DNA from: a virus
Length of the DNA stretch: 37,548 nucleotides
IMG/VR virus record: IMGVR_UViG_3300045988_026391
Location: 1-37,548 of that record
Strand: one strand, 5' to 3'
The position numbers and the translations under genes were made by a program. How positions within the stretch are numbered: the stretch's first letter is position 1; each line of letters opens with the position of its first letter. Under the pieces are notes generated by a model. That model saw only the letters and a program-made list of their open reading frames with translations, made no database searches and was not told the DNA's origin. This document shows, piece after piece, positions 8,235-14,820 of the stretch.

Positions 8235-8261
8235 AAGAACATAAAGATAAAGGAGAAAGAA

Positions 8262-8489
8262 ATGAATAAGTATCTAGCTTTTGAAAGAAAACTACCAGAT
8301 GGGTTCCAAAAAATCTATTTCTTTACAAATGGTTTTGGTACATCGGTTGTTAAATTGGAATATACGCCTGGTTTTGAGGTTGCTATCCTAAAAGGTAATA
8401 TCAAGCATTATTCAATAGTAGACATGCCAAGCTACTATCTAACAGATGAAGAATTAGAAGACTTGTTAAAAGAAATTAAAAACTATTAA
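8262..8489 (+). CDS. First early gene, hypothetical 75-aa protein
   Basis: AAAGGAGAAAGAA precedes ATG 8262. The track start at 8223 lies inside the promoter and has no RBS. No motif recognised. Confidence 0.6.
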   Translation: MNKYLAFERKLPDGFQKIYFFTNGFGTSVVKLEYTPGFEVAILKGNIKHYSIVDMPSYYLTDEELEDLLKEIKNY

Positions 8490-8501
8490 AGGAGAAAAAA
8501 T

Positions 8502-8564
8502 ATGTGGGTTACGTTTACATTTTTAATATCACTAGGGGTGTTTGTTTTAATTCTAGATAACTAA
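8502..8564 (+). CDS. Possible 20-aa hydrophobic micropeptide (MWVTFTFLISLGVFVLILDN)
   Basis: Strong RBS AAAGGAGAAAAAATATG and a single TMD-like sequence. Caveat: the start region (GTGGGTTACGTTTACAT) resembles the 16-mer GTGGTTACRTGGTCAT of the iteron modules, so it may be a DNA site rather than a gene. Confidence 0.3.
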   Translation: MWVTFTFLISLGVFVLILDN

Positions 8565-8710
8565 TCACTGGAATGCTCTTATAAGGTTCTGATAGGCTCT
8601 CTAATGAGTTTTAACTGATAAGCTTAGTATTTATATGTTAAACATAACAAACGCTTTAGAAAGCAAAATAGAAGCGTATATAAATAGCACTGGAATGATA
8701 AGGAGAAAAA

Positions 8711-8938
8711 ATGGAAGCAAAAGAAAGATTGGAACAAATAAGACAAGATTGGTTGAATCAACCAAATTTGACAGATACTCTAAAAGAATACTTAAATAAC
8801 TATTATTATGACGATTATTCATACTGTGAAGAATGCGACATGATTGATCACGATTCTAATTGGTTTTGGTATGACGGTGATGAATATACTGATTATCTGC
8901 ATATTAAATGCAACAAAGATAAATATTTGGAACAATAA
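8711..8938 (+). CDS. Small, strongly acidic, Tyr/Trp-rich early protein (75 aa) with a CxxC..HxxC putative zinc site
   Basis: RBS AAGGAGAAAAA precedes the ATG. About 19 D/E against 7 K/R by eye. Motif YCEECDMIDHDSNWFWYDGDEYTDYLHIKC. No homologue recognised. Confidence 0.6.
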   Translation: MEAKERLEQIRQDWLNQPNLTDTLKEYLNNYYYDDYSYCEECDMIDHDSNWFWYDGDEYTDYLHIKCNKDKYLEQ

Positions 8939-9006
8939 AAAACCTCCGCTTGGAGGGGCGGAGGAACATAAGGAGAAAAAATAAACCAAGGTATTCACGT
9001 AAACCA

Positions 9007-9033
9007 TGTAAACACTGTTTTTATATGTTTACA
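9007..9033. promoter_or_regulatory. Inverted repeat TGTAAACA-N11-TGTTTACA upstream of the HTH gene; candidate operator
   Basis: Perfect 8-bp arms at 9007-9014 and 9026-9033, with an extra GTAAAC half-site at 8999-9004. It lies 40-65 nt upstream of ATG 9073. Confidence 0.45.
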
Positions 9034-9072
9034 AGAATATTATATCATAAAATATTAAAGGAGTAAAATGGA

Positions 9073-9294
9073 ATGCAACCAAAAACACTTGGGAGACGCT
9101 TAAGACGTTTGCGAAAAATCAACGGAGAAACACAAAAAGAATTTGCTGAGAAATTTGGCAGACATTACAGAACTGTTCAAAACTGGGAGCTTGGATTATC
9201 TGTACCAGATGTATTTACAGCAGAGAAATTGGCAAAGTATTATAACATGGATATTAAAGAATTAGTAAACGAAGGAGATGATCATGACGAATGA
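9073..9294 (+). CDS. XRE-family helix-turn-helix transcriptional regulator (Cro/Aca-like, 73 aa)
   Basis: LGRRLRRLRKINGETQKEFAEKFGRHYRTVQNWELGLSVPDVFTAEKLAKYYNMDIKEL fits the HTH_3 pattern (..TQ.E.A......T...WE.G...P). AGGAG lies 9 nt upstream. Confidence 0.8.
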   Translation: MQPKTLGRRLRRLRKINGETQKEFAEKFGRHYRTVQNWELGLSVPDVFTAEKLAKYYNMDIKELVNEGDDHDE

Positions 9295-10018
9295 GCTTTG
9301 GAAACCCGTCAAAGGGTATGAAGGATTTTATGAAGTTTCAAGTGAGGGACGTGTACGAAGCGTTGAACGTATAGATGCTCGTGGGCAACATCGAAAAAGT
9401 AAAATATTGAATATCAACAAAGCACAACAAGTTTGTTTTTTCCGAGATGGCAAGCGAAAGAATTATCTAGTTCGAAAATTAGTAGTGGAAGCGTTTTTGG
9501 AAAAACCAAAAGCCAATGAGAAACTAGTGCATGTGGATGGCAATCTAGAAAACAATTGCGTTGAAAACTTAAAATGGCAAAAGAGATCAAAAAGAAAGCG
9601 CAATATCTATAGTTTTGAAGATAATAAAACAGGCGAAGTCTTTGAAGGTTCAATCAGTGATTGTTGCGAAGCTTGGGGATTGACAAAATCGGCTTTGCTT
9701 AACCGAACAAATAGGGGACGTGTAACGAAAACGTTAATTGGTGCGCAAGGATTACGTACATTCACAAACACCGAAACAGGAGAAGAATTTTATGGTACCA
9801 AACAGCAAGCGCTGGCATACTTTCATATTAGCTGGTCAACGCTATATGATCGTATCGATTCTGGATTAATTAAAATGTTTCCAGAGGATGAGGTTACAGA
9901 CGACAGCGAAGATAAAATCTCAGACCCAAAAACAAAGCGATTGTTAACTAAATATTATATTATGAAAATTAATGAATTAGGAAGCTTAGGAGGAAATGAA
10001 TATGACGAAGAATTTTAA
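9284..10018 (+). CDS. Free-standing HNH homing endonuclease 1 (NUMOD4-like N-terminus + HNH_3-like core + two C-terminal HTH-like repeats)
   Basis: ELWKPVKGYEGFYEVSSEGRVRS (NUMOD4-type), VHVDGNLENNCVENLKW (H-N-N core), and two ~40-aa repeats (F.D/N..TGE.F.G.......L.......L..R). GAAGGAG lies 6 nt before ATG 9284. Overlaps the end of the HTH gene. Confidence 0.8.
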   Translation: MTNELWKPVKGYEGFYEVSSEGRVRSVERIDARGQHRKSKILNINKAQQVCFFRDGKRKNYLVRKLVVEAFLEKPKANEKLVHVDGNLENNCVENLKWQKRSKRKRNIYSFEDNKTGEVFEGSISDCCEAWGLTKSALLNRTNRGRVTKTLIGAQGLRTFTNTETGEEFYGTKQQALAYFHISWSTLYDRIDSGLIKMFPEDEVTDDSEDKISDPKTKRLLTKYYIMKINELGSLGGNEYDEEF

Positions 10019-10346
10019 AGGGCTAAGCGGCGGAACACAAAACTGGTATGAAAAAGAGTTTGAAAGAATTTTTGGAGAAGTTATAACTAACATAGAACTT
10101 GAGGGCAAAAAAACTAAAAATGAAGACAACATAACTAGTCCGAACCACTATGTAACTGATAAAGGTTTCGAGGTGTTTGACGTACAAGAAGCATTCATAC
10201 ACGAATTAAAAGGAATGGCAGCAAGTTATTGGTGTAATGTTGTAAAATATATCTTACGTTTTCAAAGGAAGAACGGTGTTGAAGATTTGAAAAAGGCAAG
10301 ATATTATCTAGATAAATTAATCGAGGAGGAGTCTGATAATGAATAA
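10002..10346 (+). CDS. DUF3310-like protein
   Basis: SPNHYV..EVFDV.....WCNVVKYILRFQRKNGVEDLKKARYYLDKLI matches my recollection of the DUF3310 (SaV-like) signature. GGAGG lies 8 nt before ATG 10002. Confidence 0.6.
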   Translation: MTKNFKGLSGGTQNWYEKEFERIFGEVITNIELEGKKTKNEDNITSPNHYVTDKGFEVFDVQEAFIHELKGMAASYWCNVVKYILRFQRKNGVEDLKKARYYLDKLIEEESDNE

Positions 10347-10890
10347 ACAAGAATTAATCGATAAATTAAAAAATGATTTAACAGCTATGTCTGGATTCAA
10401 AGGCATAAAACACGAATACGACAAAGGTTATGAATGGGCTACTAAGCAACACCTTGAAATTATTGCCAATTTAGACGAACCACAGAAAGTGGTAGTGCCC
10501 CAATATGTAGCAGATTGGTATGAGGCTATTAAATATGATTTTGAGTATAGCTTATACAAACTTTGCATTGATTTTAACAAACGAGAGTTGCGGGATGACT
10601 TAGGTGGGTGGTTCGATTCCCCTGTAAATAAACCAATTGAGACACTTGTGAAAATGAAACTTTATGGTTATGAAGTTGAGAAAGAGAAGCTTTACACGGT
10701 TGAGATACCGAATCCTAATTCAAAAGGTATAAATAAAATATACTTATGTAAGGAAAATAATACTGGAAAAGTATATCTTTGCAAAGGAAACTTCAACCCT
10801 AGTAAAAATAAAAATTTAAAACTAACAGAAGCCGAGATCAAAAAAGATTTTGACTGGGCTTGGCGGTTTGCGAAAGAGGTGGAAGAATGA
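10339..10890 (+). CDS. DUF1642-like early protein
   Basis: MNKQELIDKLKN...VVVPQYVADWYEAIK resembles DUF1642 proteins of streptococcal and lactobacillal phages (recollection). ATGA overlaps at both ends. Confidence 0.5.
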   Translation: MNKQELIDKLKNDLTAMSGFKGIKHEYDKGYEWATKQHLEIIANLDEPQKVVVPQYVADWYEAIKYDFEYSLYKLCIDFNKRELRDDLGGWFDSPVNKPIETLVKMKLYGYEVEKEKLYTVEIPNPNSKGINKIYLCKENNTGKVYLCKGNFNPSKNKNLKLTEAEIKKDFDWAWRFAKEVEE

Positions 10891-11036
10891 ACGTAAGAGA
10901 AGTATTTTGCATTGACTGTTATGAGTGGAAAAAACGAGAAGATTTAGTTGAATCACAACAGCGTGCTAGAGAATTATACTGCAAAGAGTGCGGCGCCGTT
11001 TTGATTCGCACAGATGAGTACAAAGAGGTGGAATAA
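10887..11036 (+). CDS. Small zinc-ribbon protein (49 aa; CxxC-N19-CxxC)
   Basis: Not in the ORF track (<60 aa). ATGA overlap with the upstream stop, RBS GAGGTGG. Sequence FCIDCYEW...YCKECGAVL. Confidence 0.55.
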   Translation: MNVREVFCIDCYEWKKREDLVESQQRARELYCKECGAVLIRTDEYKEVE

Positions 11037-11206
11037 TGATTTATATCTATGATAGACTATCGCACCAATTTTTATATGTTAACAAAAACCACGTTATCCA
11101 CGCTAGTAGGTGGAAAGGCACTGAAATATATAAAGTATATTTAACAAATGGTAGAAAGCTTCTTATAGATGATTATGAATTTAACAAAATTTTGAAAGAT
11201 GCGTGA
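11036..11206 (+). CDS. Hypothetical 56-aa protein
   Basis: TAATG coupling to the previous gene, RBS GAGGTGG. Open to TGA at 11204-11206, followed by a terminator. Confidence 0.45.
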   Translation: MIYIYDRLSHQFLYVNKNHVIHASRWKGTEIYKVYLTNGRKLLIDDYEFNKILKDA

Positions 11207-11262
11207 GAAGCAAAAAATAACCCACAATGGTATCTAACGCATAAATGATAAGCACGTTTTGA

Positions 11263-11289
11263 GCTAACGAAAGTTAGCCCTTTTTTATT
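11263..11289 (+). terminator. Rho-independent terminator ending early unit 1
   Basis: GCTAAC pairs with GTTAGC across loop GAAA, followed by CC + T6 (11281-11286). The stem is short. Confidence 0.55.
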
Positions 11290-11337
11290 TCTGTTATAAC
11301 AAAAAAATAAAGTTTTTTATAAAAAAGATAAAAAATG

Positions 11338-11366
11338 TTGACAAAGTACAAAAGTTTGTGTATAAT
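11338..11366 (+). promoter_or_regulatory. Early promoter P2 (TTGACA-17-TATAAT)
   Basis: Perfect consensus hexamers at 11338-11343 and 11361-11366, with an upstream A/T tract AAAGTTTTTTATAAAAAAGATAAAAAATG. Confidence 0.8.
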
Positions 11367-11394
11367 AAGTATATAAAATAAAGGAGAAAGACAT

Positions 11395-11685
11395 ATGAGA
11401 ATTTATGTGAACAAACGCAAAAAATTGATTTTAGCACCCGAGCCCTATGAAAAATTTGGCGGTGTAAGTAATGAAACTATGCAAATTAAGAATGGCAAAT
11501 TTACAAAAGAAATTGAAAAAGAAGTTTCTGAAGCTATGCAAGAAATTATAGAACGATGGCAACCAATTTTTGATAATATCCCAACTGAAGAGCTCTTTGC
11601 TGAGAAGCAAAAACAATTAAGAATGTTTAGTGATTTTGATGAAACACTAACAGTTTTCGTAGAAAATAGCTTTAATGAAATGTGA
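11395..11685 (+). CDS. Hypothetical protein (96 aa)
   Basis: AAAGGAGAAAGACAT precedes the ATG. No motif recognised. Confidence 0.55.
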   Translation: MRIYVNKRKKLILAPEPYEKFGGVSNETMQIKNGKFTKEIEKEVSEAMQEIIERWQPIFDNIPTEELFAEKQKQLRMFSDFDETLTVFVENSFNEM

Positions 11686-11699
11686 GGAGAGGTAATGAA

Positions 11700-11843
11700 A
11701 TGAAATATAAAATTTATTATTCCATTCCTGAGGATATTTATTATTACACAATGAATGCAAAAGACGAAAAACAGCTAGTGAGGTTCCTTAAAATGCTTAC
11801 GGACGAGAAAGCTTATATCTTTACAATTAAGTTAATAAAATAA
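11700..11843 (+). CDS. Hypothetical 47-aa protein (MKYKIYYSIPEDIYYYT...)
   Basis: Not in the track. GAGGAGAGG lies upstream of ATG 11700. Confidence 0.4.
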   Translation: MKYKIYYSIPEDIYYYTMNAKDEKQLVRFLKMLTDEKAYIFTIKLIK

Positions 11844-11872
11844 TGAAGTATAGATTAATTTATACGCTATAA
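11843..11872 (+). pseudogene. 9-codon vestigial ORF (MKYRLIYTL*) resembling the start of the preceding gene
   Basis: TAATG-coupled. MKYRLIYTL compared with MKYKIYYSI of 11700. It sits just upstream of HNH-2. Very short, so it could be chance. Confidence 0.2.
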
Positions 11873-11888
11873 CAGATGAGGATTGCAA

Positions 11889-12407
11889 ATGAGTGAAGAA
11901 TGGAGAGACGTGGTCGGATTTGAGGGGCTGTATCAAGTTAGCAGTGAGGGCCGTGTAAAGAGTTTGAAACGAAATGAAGAACGTTTTTTAAAGCCAAGCA
12001 TAGACAGAGGTGGTTATTTGCTTGTTGGCTTATGCGCTGGAGGAAAACAAAAAACTTATAAAGTTCACAGACTAGTCTGCCAAGCGTTCCATGAAAATCC
12101 AGAAGGAAAGCCACAAGTTAACCATATCAATGAAGATAAGACAGACAACAGAGTTGAAAATCTCGAATGGTGCACAGCAAGAGAAAATTGCAACCACGGA
12201 ACACGTAACGAGCGTTCTGCAAAAAATATAAGCAAAGCTCTTAGCAAACCAATTGGTCAATATACATTAGATGGAAAGCTTGTAAAAACATGGGTATCAC
12301 TTTCTGAAGTCGAAAGACAAACTGGATTCAGTTTCGGCAATATAAGTCAAGTCGCCAACGGGAAACGTAAAAAGGCTTATAACTTCATCTGGAAATACGT
12401 TGATTAG
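11889..12407 (+). CDS. Free-standing HNH homing endonuclease 2
   Basis: EEWRDVVGFEGLYQVSSEGRVKS (NUMOD4-type), VNHINEDKTDNRVENLEW (HNH_3-type), and a C-terminal IENR-like segment (TLDGKLVKTWVSLSEVERQTGFSFGNISQV). GAGGA lies 7 nt before ATG 11889. Confidence 0.85.
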   Translation: MSEEWRDVVGFEGLYQVSSEGRVKSLKRNEERFLKPSIDRGGYLLVGLCAGGKQKTYKVHRLVCQAFHENPEGKPQVNHINEDKTDNRVENLEWCTARENCNHGTRNERSAKNISKALSKPIGQYTLDGKLVKTWVSLSEVERQTGFSFGNISQVANGKRKKAYNFIWKYVD

Positions 12408-12416
12408 GAGGTTTAA

Positions 12417-12881
12417 ATGACTGTTATTCTATCTATTGATCCAAGCTCTAACAAGGCGGAAAAGTCAAATACTGGGATTGTAGTAATCGAAAATGGCAAG
12501 CTGATTAACTATTGGGTAGCCAGTTATGGCGTGCGAGGTTTTAAAGAATGGTTTGATAACAATTATTCTAACATTGAATATGATGTGGCTGTTTTTGAAC
12601 ACTTCGAAGCTAGAGACAATTCAAAATCTAAAGACAACACAGTTATCGAAACAATCGAAGAAATAACAAAATTAATTCCTGATATTAAACCATTCAGGAA
12701 TGGCGGGTATAAATCAGATGTTCCAGATAGCCTTTTAAAGGCGCTAGATCTTTGGAAGTTCGGAAAATCACACCACCAGGACGTAAGGGCAGCAGCAAGA
12801 TTGGCTTTATTTTACGCCATGAGGACTGACATAGAAGACTTTATAAATGGAGTAGGTAAGGAATTATATGAAAGAATTTAA
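12417..12881 (+). CDS. RuvC-like Holliday-junction resolvase (phage type)
   Basis: ILSIDPSSN...TGIVVI (N-terminal Asp), FEHFE (acidic), and a HHQDVRAAARLALFY C-terminal helix, consistent with an RNase H-fold resolvase. It lies between recombination and replication genes. Confidence 0.5.
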   Translation: MTVILSIDPSSNKAEKSNTGIVVIENGKLINYWVASYGVRGFKEWFDNNYSNIEYDVAVFEHFEARDNSKSKDNTVIETIEEITKLIPDIKPFRNGGYKSDVPDSLLKALDLWKFGKSHHQDVRAAARLALFYAMRTDIEDFINGVGKELYERI

Positions 12882-14055
12882 AGCTCGCAGATGGCAAAAA
12901 GAGGCGATTAAACGCTCAATAAACGACACCAGTGGTGGAATATTCCTCGAAGCGGCTGGAGGCCGTGGGAAAACGTTATGCACGTTAGAAATTGCCAAGC
13001 AAAAAAAAGCCAAAAAGGTTATCATTGTTAATAATAGATTAAGCATTTTAAATGGCTGGGAAAAAGCTTACAAGGACTTTGGCTATGATAAGTCGTTTGA
13101 ATTAGTTACAATTACGGATAGGAAACTCTCTAATTTAGTCAAAGAAGGCTCTAAATTAGCTTGTGACGTATTAATTCTCGATGAATGGCAAAATATAAGC
13201 TCTAATAGCTGTGTTAGTGCATACGCTAAAATAAAGCGCGATTACACAATCGGTTTAAGTGCTACACCGATTAGAAAGAAAGGGCAGAATTTTTATCCAC
13301 TCGAGAAAACACTTTGGAAGAAAGCAAACCCGAATAGAAAGTTCGATTGGCAGCTTGCACATGGCGCGATGATTTATGACCCGTACTCATATTCCAAAAC
13401 CAAATGGAAAGACTTCAAGAATTACGAATCTTATGTTTCTAATTTACCAAATTTTATGCGGTACGAAGAAGTTGAGAGAATCGAGGATGCAGAAGAAAAC
13501 AATGGCTTTGAGATTAAATTTTTCAAAAAAACGTTACCAGTCGCAAATCCTAAGGCGCTTGAAATGTTGAATACTTATAACGTTGTAACGAAGAATAACA
13601 AGTCTGCTATGAGTAAACTGTCATTTGGTAAAATAGCGTTTGAAAGGATTCTTAATCAGACTGGATTTGATATTGACTTCCCTAAGTTAAAAGCAGTTAA
13701 CGAAGACACACCAATGTTGAAAGAAGTTGATAGACTAATCAATAAAGCGCCTCACGAGATGCTTATCGTGACTAAAAGTGTGCAAATAGCTAACATTATA
13801 AAAGAGAGGAACCCAAAAATTGGAATTTGGACTGGCGCTACTAAAGAGTTACTTGACGCACCTGTTGTCGTTGCGACATCTCAAACGCTAGGTGTTGGGG
13901 TTGATGGTCTTCAGGATAAATTTAAAACGCTTGTTGTCCTTGACCCAGTAGACGAAGACAGCGGTGAATATGACGACTATCGTCAATTACTTTGGCGAAT
14001 AACAGGAAGCCGTCAAAAACACGATGTCAATATTTTAGAATTCTATTTTAAATAA
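12868..14055 (+). CDS. Superfamily-2 (DEAD/SNF2-like) DNA helicase
   Basis: Walker A EAAGGRGKT, motif II LDEWQ, motif III SATP. Confidence 0.75.
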   Translation: MKEFKARRWQKEAIKRSINDTSGGIFLEAAGGRGKTLCTLEIAKQKKAKKVIIVNNRLSILNGWEKAYKDFGYDKSFELVTITDRKLSNLVKEGSKLACDVLILDEWQNISSNSCVSAYAKIKRDYTIGLSATPIRKKGQNFYPLEKTLWKKANPNRKFDWQLAHGAMIYDPYSYSKTKWKDFKNYESYVSNLPNFMRYEEVERIEDAEENNGFEIKFFKKTLPVANPKALEMLNTYNVVTKNNKSAMSKLSFGKIAFERILNQTGFDIDFPKLKAVNEDTPMLKEVDRLINKAPHEMLIVTKSVQIANIIKERNPKIGIWTGATKELLDAPVVVATSQTLGVGVDGLQDKFKTLVVLDPVDEDSGEYDDYRQLLWRITGSRQKHDVNILEFYFK

Positions 14056-14080
14056 TTTTAAACTTTTTTCAAAAAAATTG

Positions 14081-14109
14081 TTGACAAAATAAAAGTAAAG
14101 AGATATAAT
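14081..14109 (+). promoter_or_regulatory. Promoter P3 (TTGACA-17-TATAAT) with a conserved upstream cassette
   Basis: 14056-14086 reads TTTTAAACTTTTTTCAAAAAAATTGTTGACA. The -10 is at 14104-14109. Confidence 0.8.
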
Positions 14110-14136
14110 TAATACATAAACATAAGGAGAAATATT

Positions 14137-14766
14137 ATGACTGTTTACAAAAAACTTATCGAAGTTCAAAAAGAACTCAAAGCACCTAAGAACCAGAGGA
14201 ATACTTTCGGGAATTATAATTATCGCTCTTGTGAAGACATTCTCGAAGCGTTGAAACCAGTTTTATCAGAACATGGAGCGACTGTCTTTATCTCAGATAA
14301 GCCAGTGGTTAAAGAAAATTTATGGTCTTATATCGAGGCTACAGCAACTTTTGTTGATACTGAATCAGGTGACTCTGTTAGTGTGACAGCATACGCAAGG
14401 GAAGCAGATACGAAGAAAGGTATGGACGTTTCTCAAATTACTGGTTCAGCCAGCTCTTATGCTAGAAAGTACGCTCTGAACGGGTTGTTTCTTATCGATG
14501 ATTCGGTTGACGCAGATACAGATGAGCACCAAAAGATTACTGGCGGTGAATCACAAGGTTCAAATAGGAAGTTCTCAAAAGACGATGTAACTGCCTTGCG
14601 TTTGGATCTAATTAAAGTAGCAATGGCTACTAAGAAAGATGTTAACGACTTAGAGTCATGGGTTGCTCAACAAATCGGATTGAATAACTTCGAATCAATT
14701 AATCAATCAAGCTTTGCAAAAGCAAATGCGCTAGTAAAACAATTGATGGCAAAAGCTAAAGTTTAA
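14137..14766 (+). CDS. erf: Erf-family single-strand annealing recombinase
   Basis: KAPKNQRNTFGNYNYRSCEDILEALKPVLSEHG and GSASSYARKYALNGLFLIDDSVDADTD match the ERF-family pattern as I recall it. Confidence 0.7.
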   Translation: MTVYKKLIEVQKELKAPKNQRNTFGNYNYRSCEDILEALKPVLSEHGATVFISDKPVVKENLWSYIEATATFVDTESGDSVSVTAYAREADTKKGMDVSQITGSASSYARKYALNGLFLIDDSVDADTDEHQKITGGESQGSNRKFSKDDVTALRLDLIKVAMATKKDVNDLESWVAQQIGLNNFESINQSSFAKANALVKQLMAKAKV

Positions 14767-14786
14767 ACTAAAAGGAGAATAATACA

Positions 14787-14810
14787 ATGGAAATTATTAA
14801 TAAAGGAGAA
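14787..14810 (+). pseudogene. Possible vestigial duplicate of the ssb RBS and first 7 codons, upstream of HNH-3
   Basis: GGAGAATAATACAATGGAAATTATTAATAAAGGA (MEIINKG) compared with GGAGGAAAAATAATTATGGATATTCAAAACCGTGGA (MDIQNRG) at 15378-15413. Confidence 0.25.
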
Positions 14811-14820
14811 AAAAATAATC

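Noticed and set aside
8223-8261. Upstream extensions of track ORFs at 8223, and likewise 16896, 5850, 5462, 25808, 25523, 11883, 9278, 9996, 1355 and 1488
   Set aside because: These starts fall inside promoters or upstream genes and lack an RBS. An in-frame downstream ATG with a proper AGGAG-type RBS exists in each case.
8943-8964. GC-rich hairpin CCTCCGC-N8-GCGGAGG right after the stop of gene 8711
   Set aside because: It is not called as an intrinsic terminator because no U-tract follows (it is followed by AACATAAGG). It may still be a weak pause or stability element.
11022-11038. Identical 17-mer AAAGAGGTGGAATAATG at 11022 and 27531 as a dispersed regulatory repeat
   Set aside because: It is fully explained as a packed RBS (GAGGTGG) + stop (TAA) + start (ATG) coupling junction, which is why several proteins end in ..EVE. 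It is used only as context for the 1489 junction.
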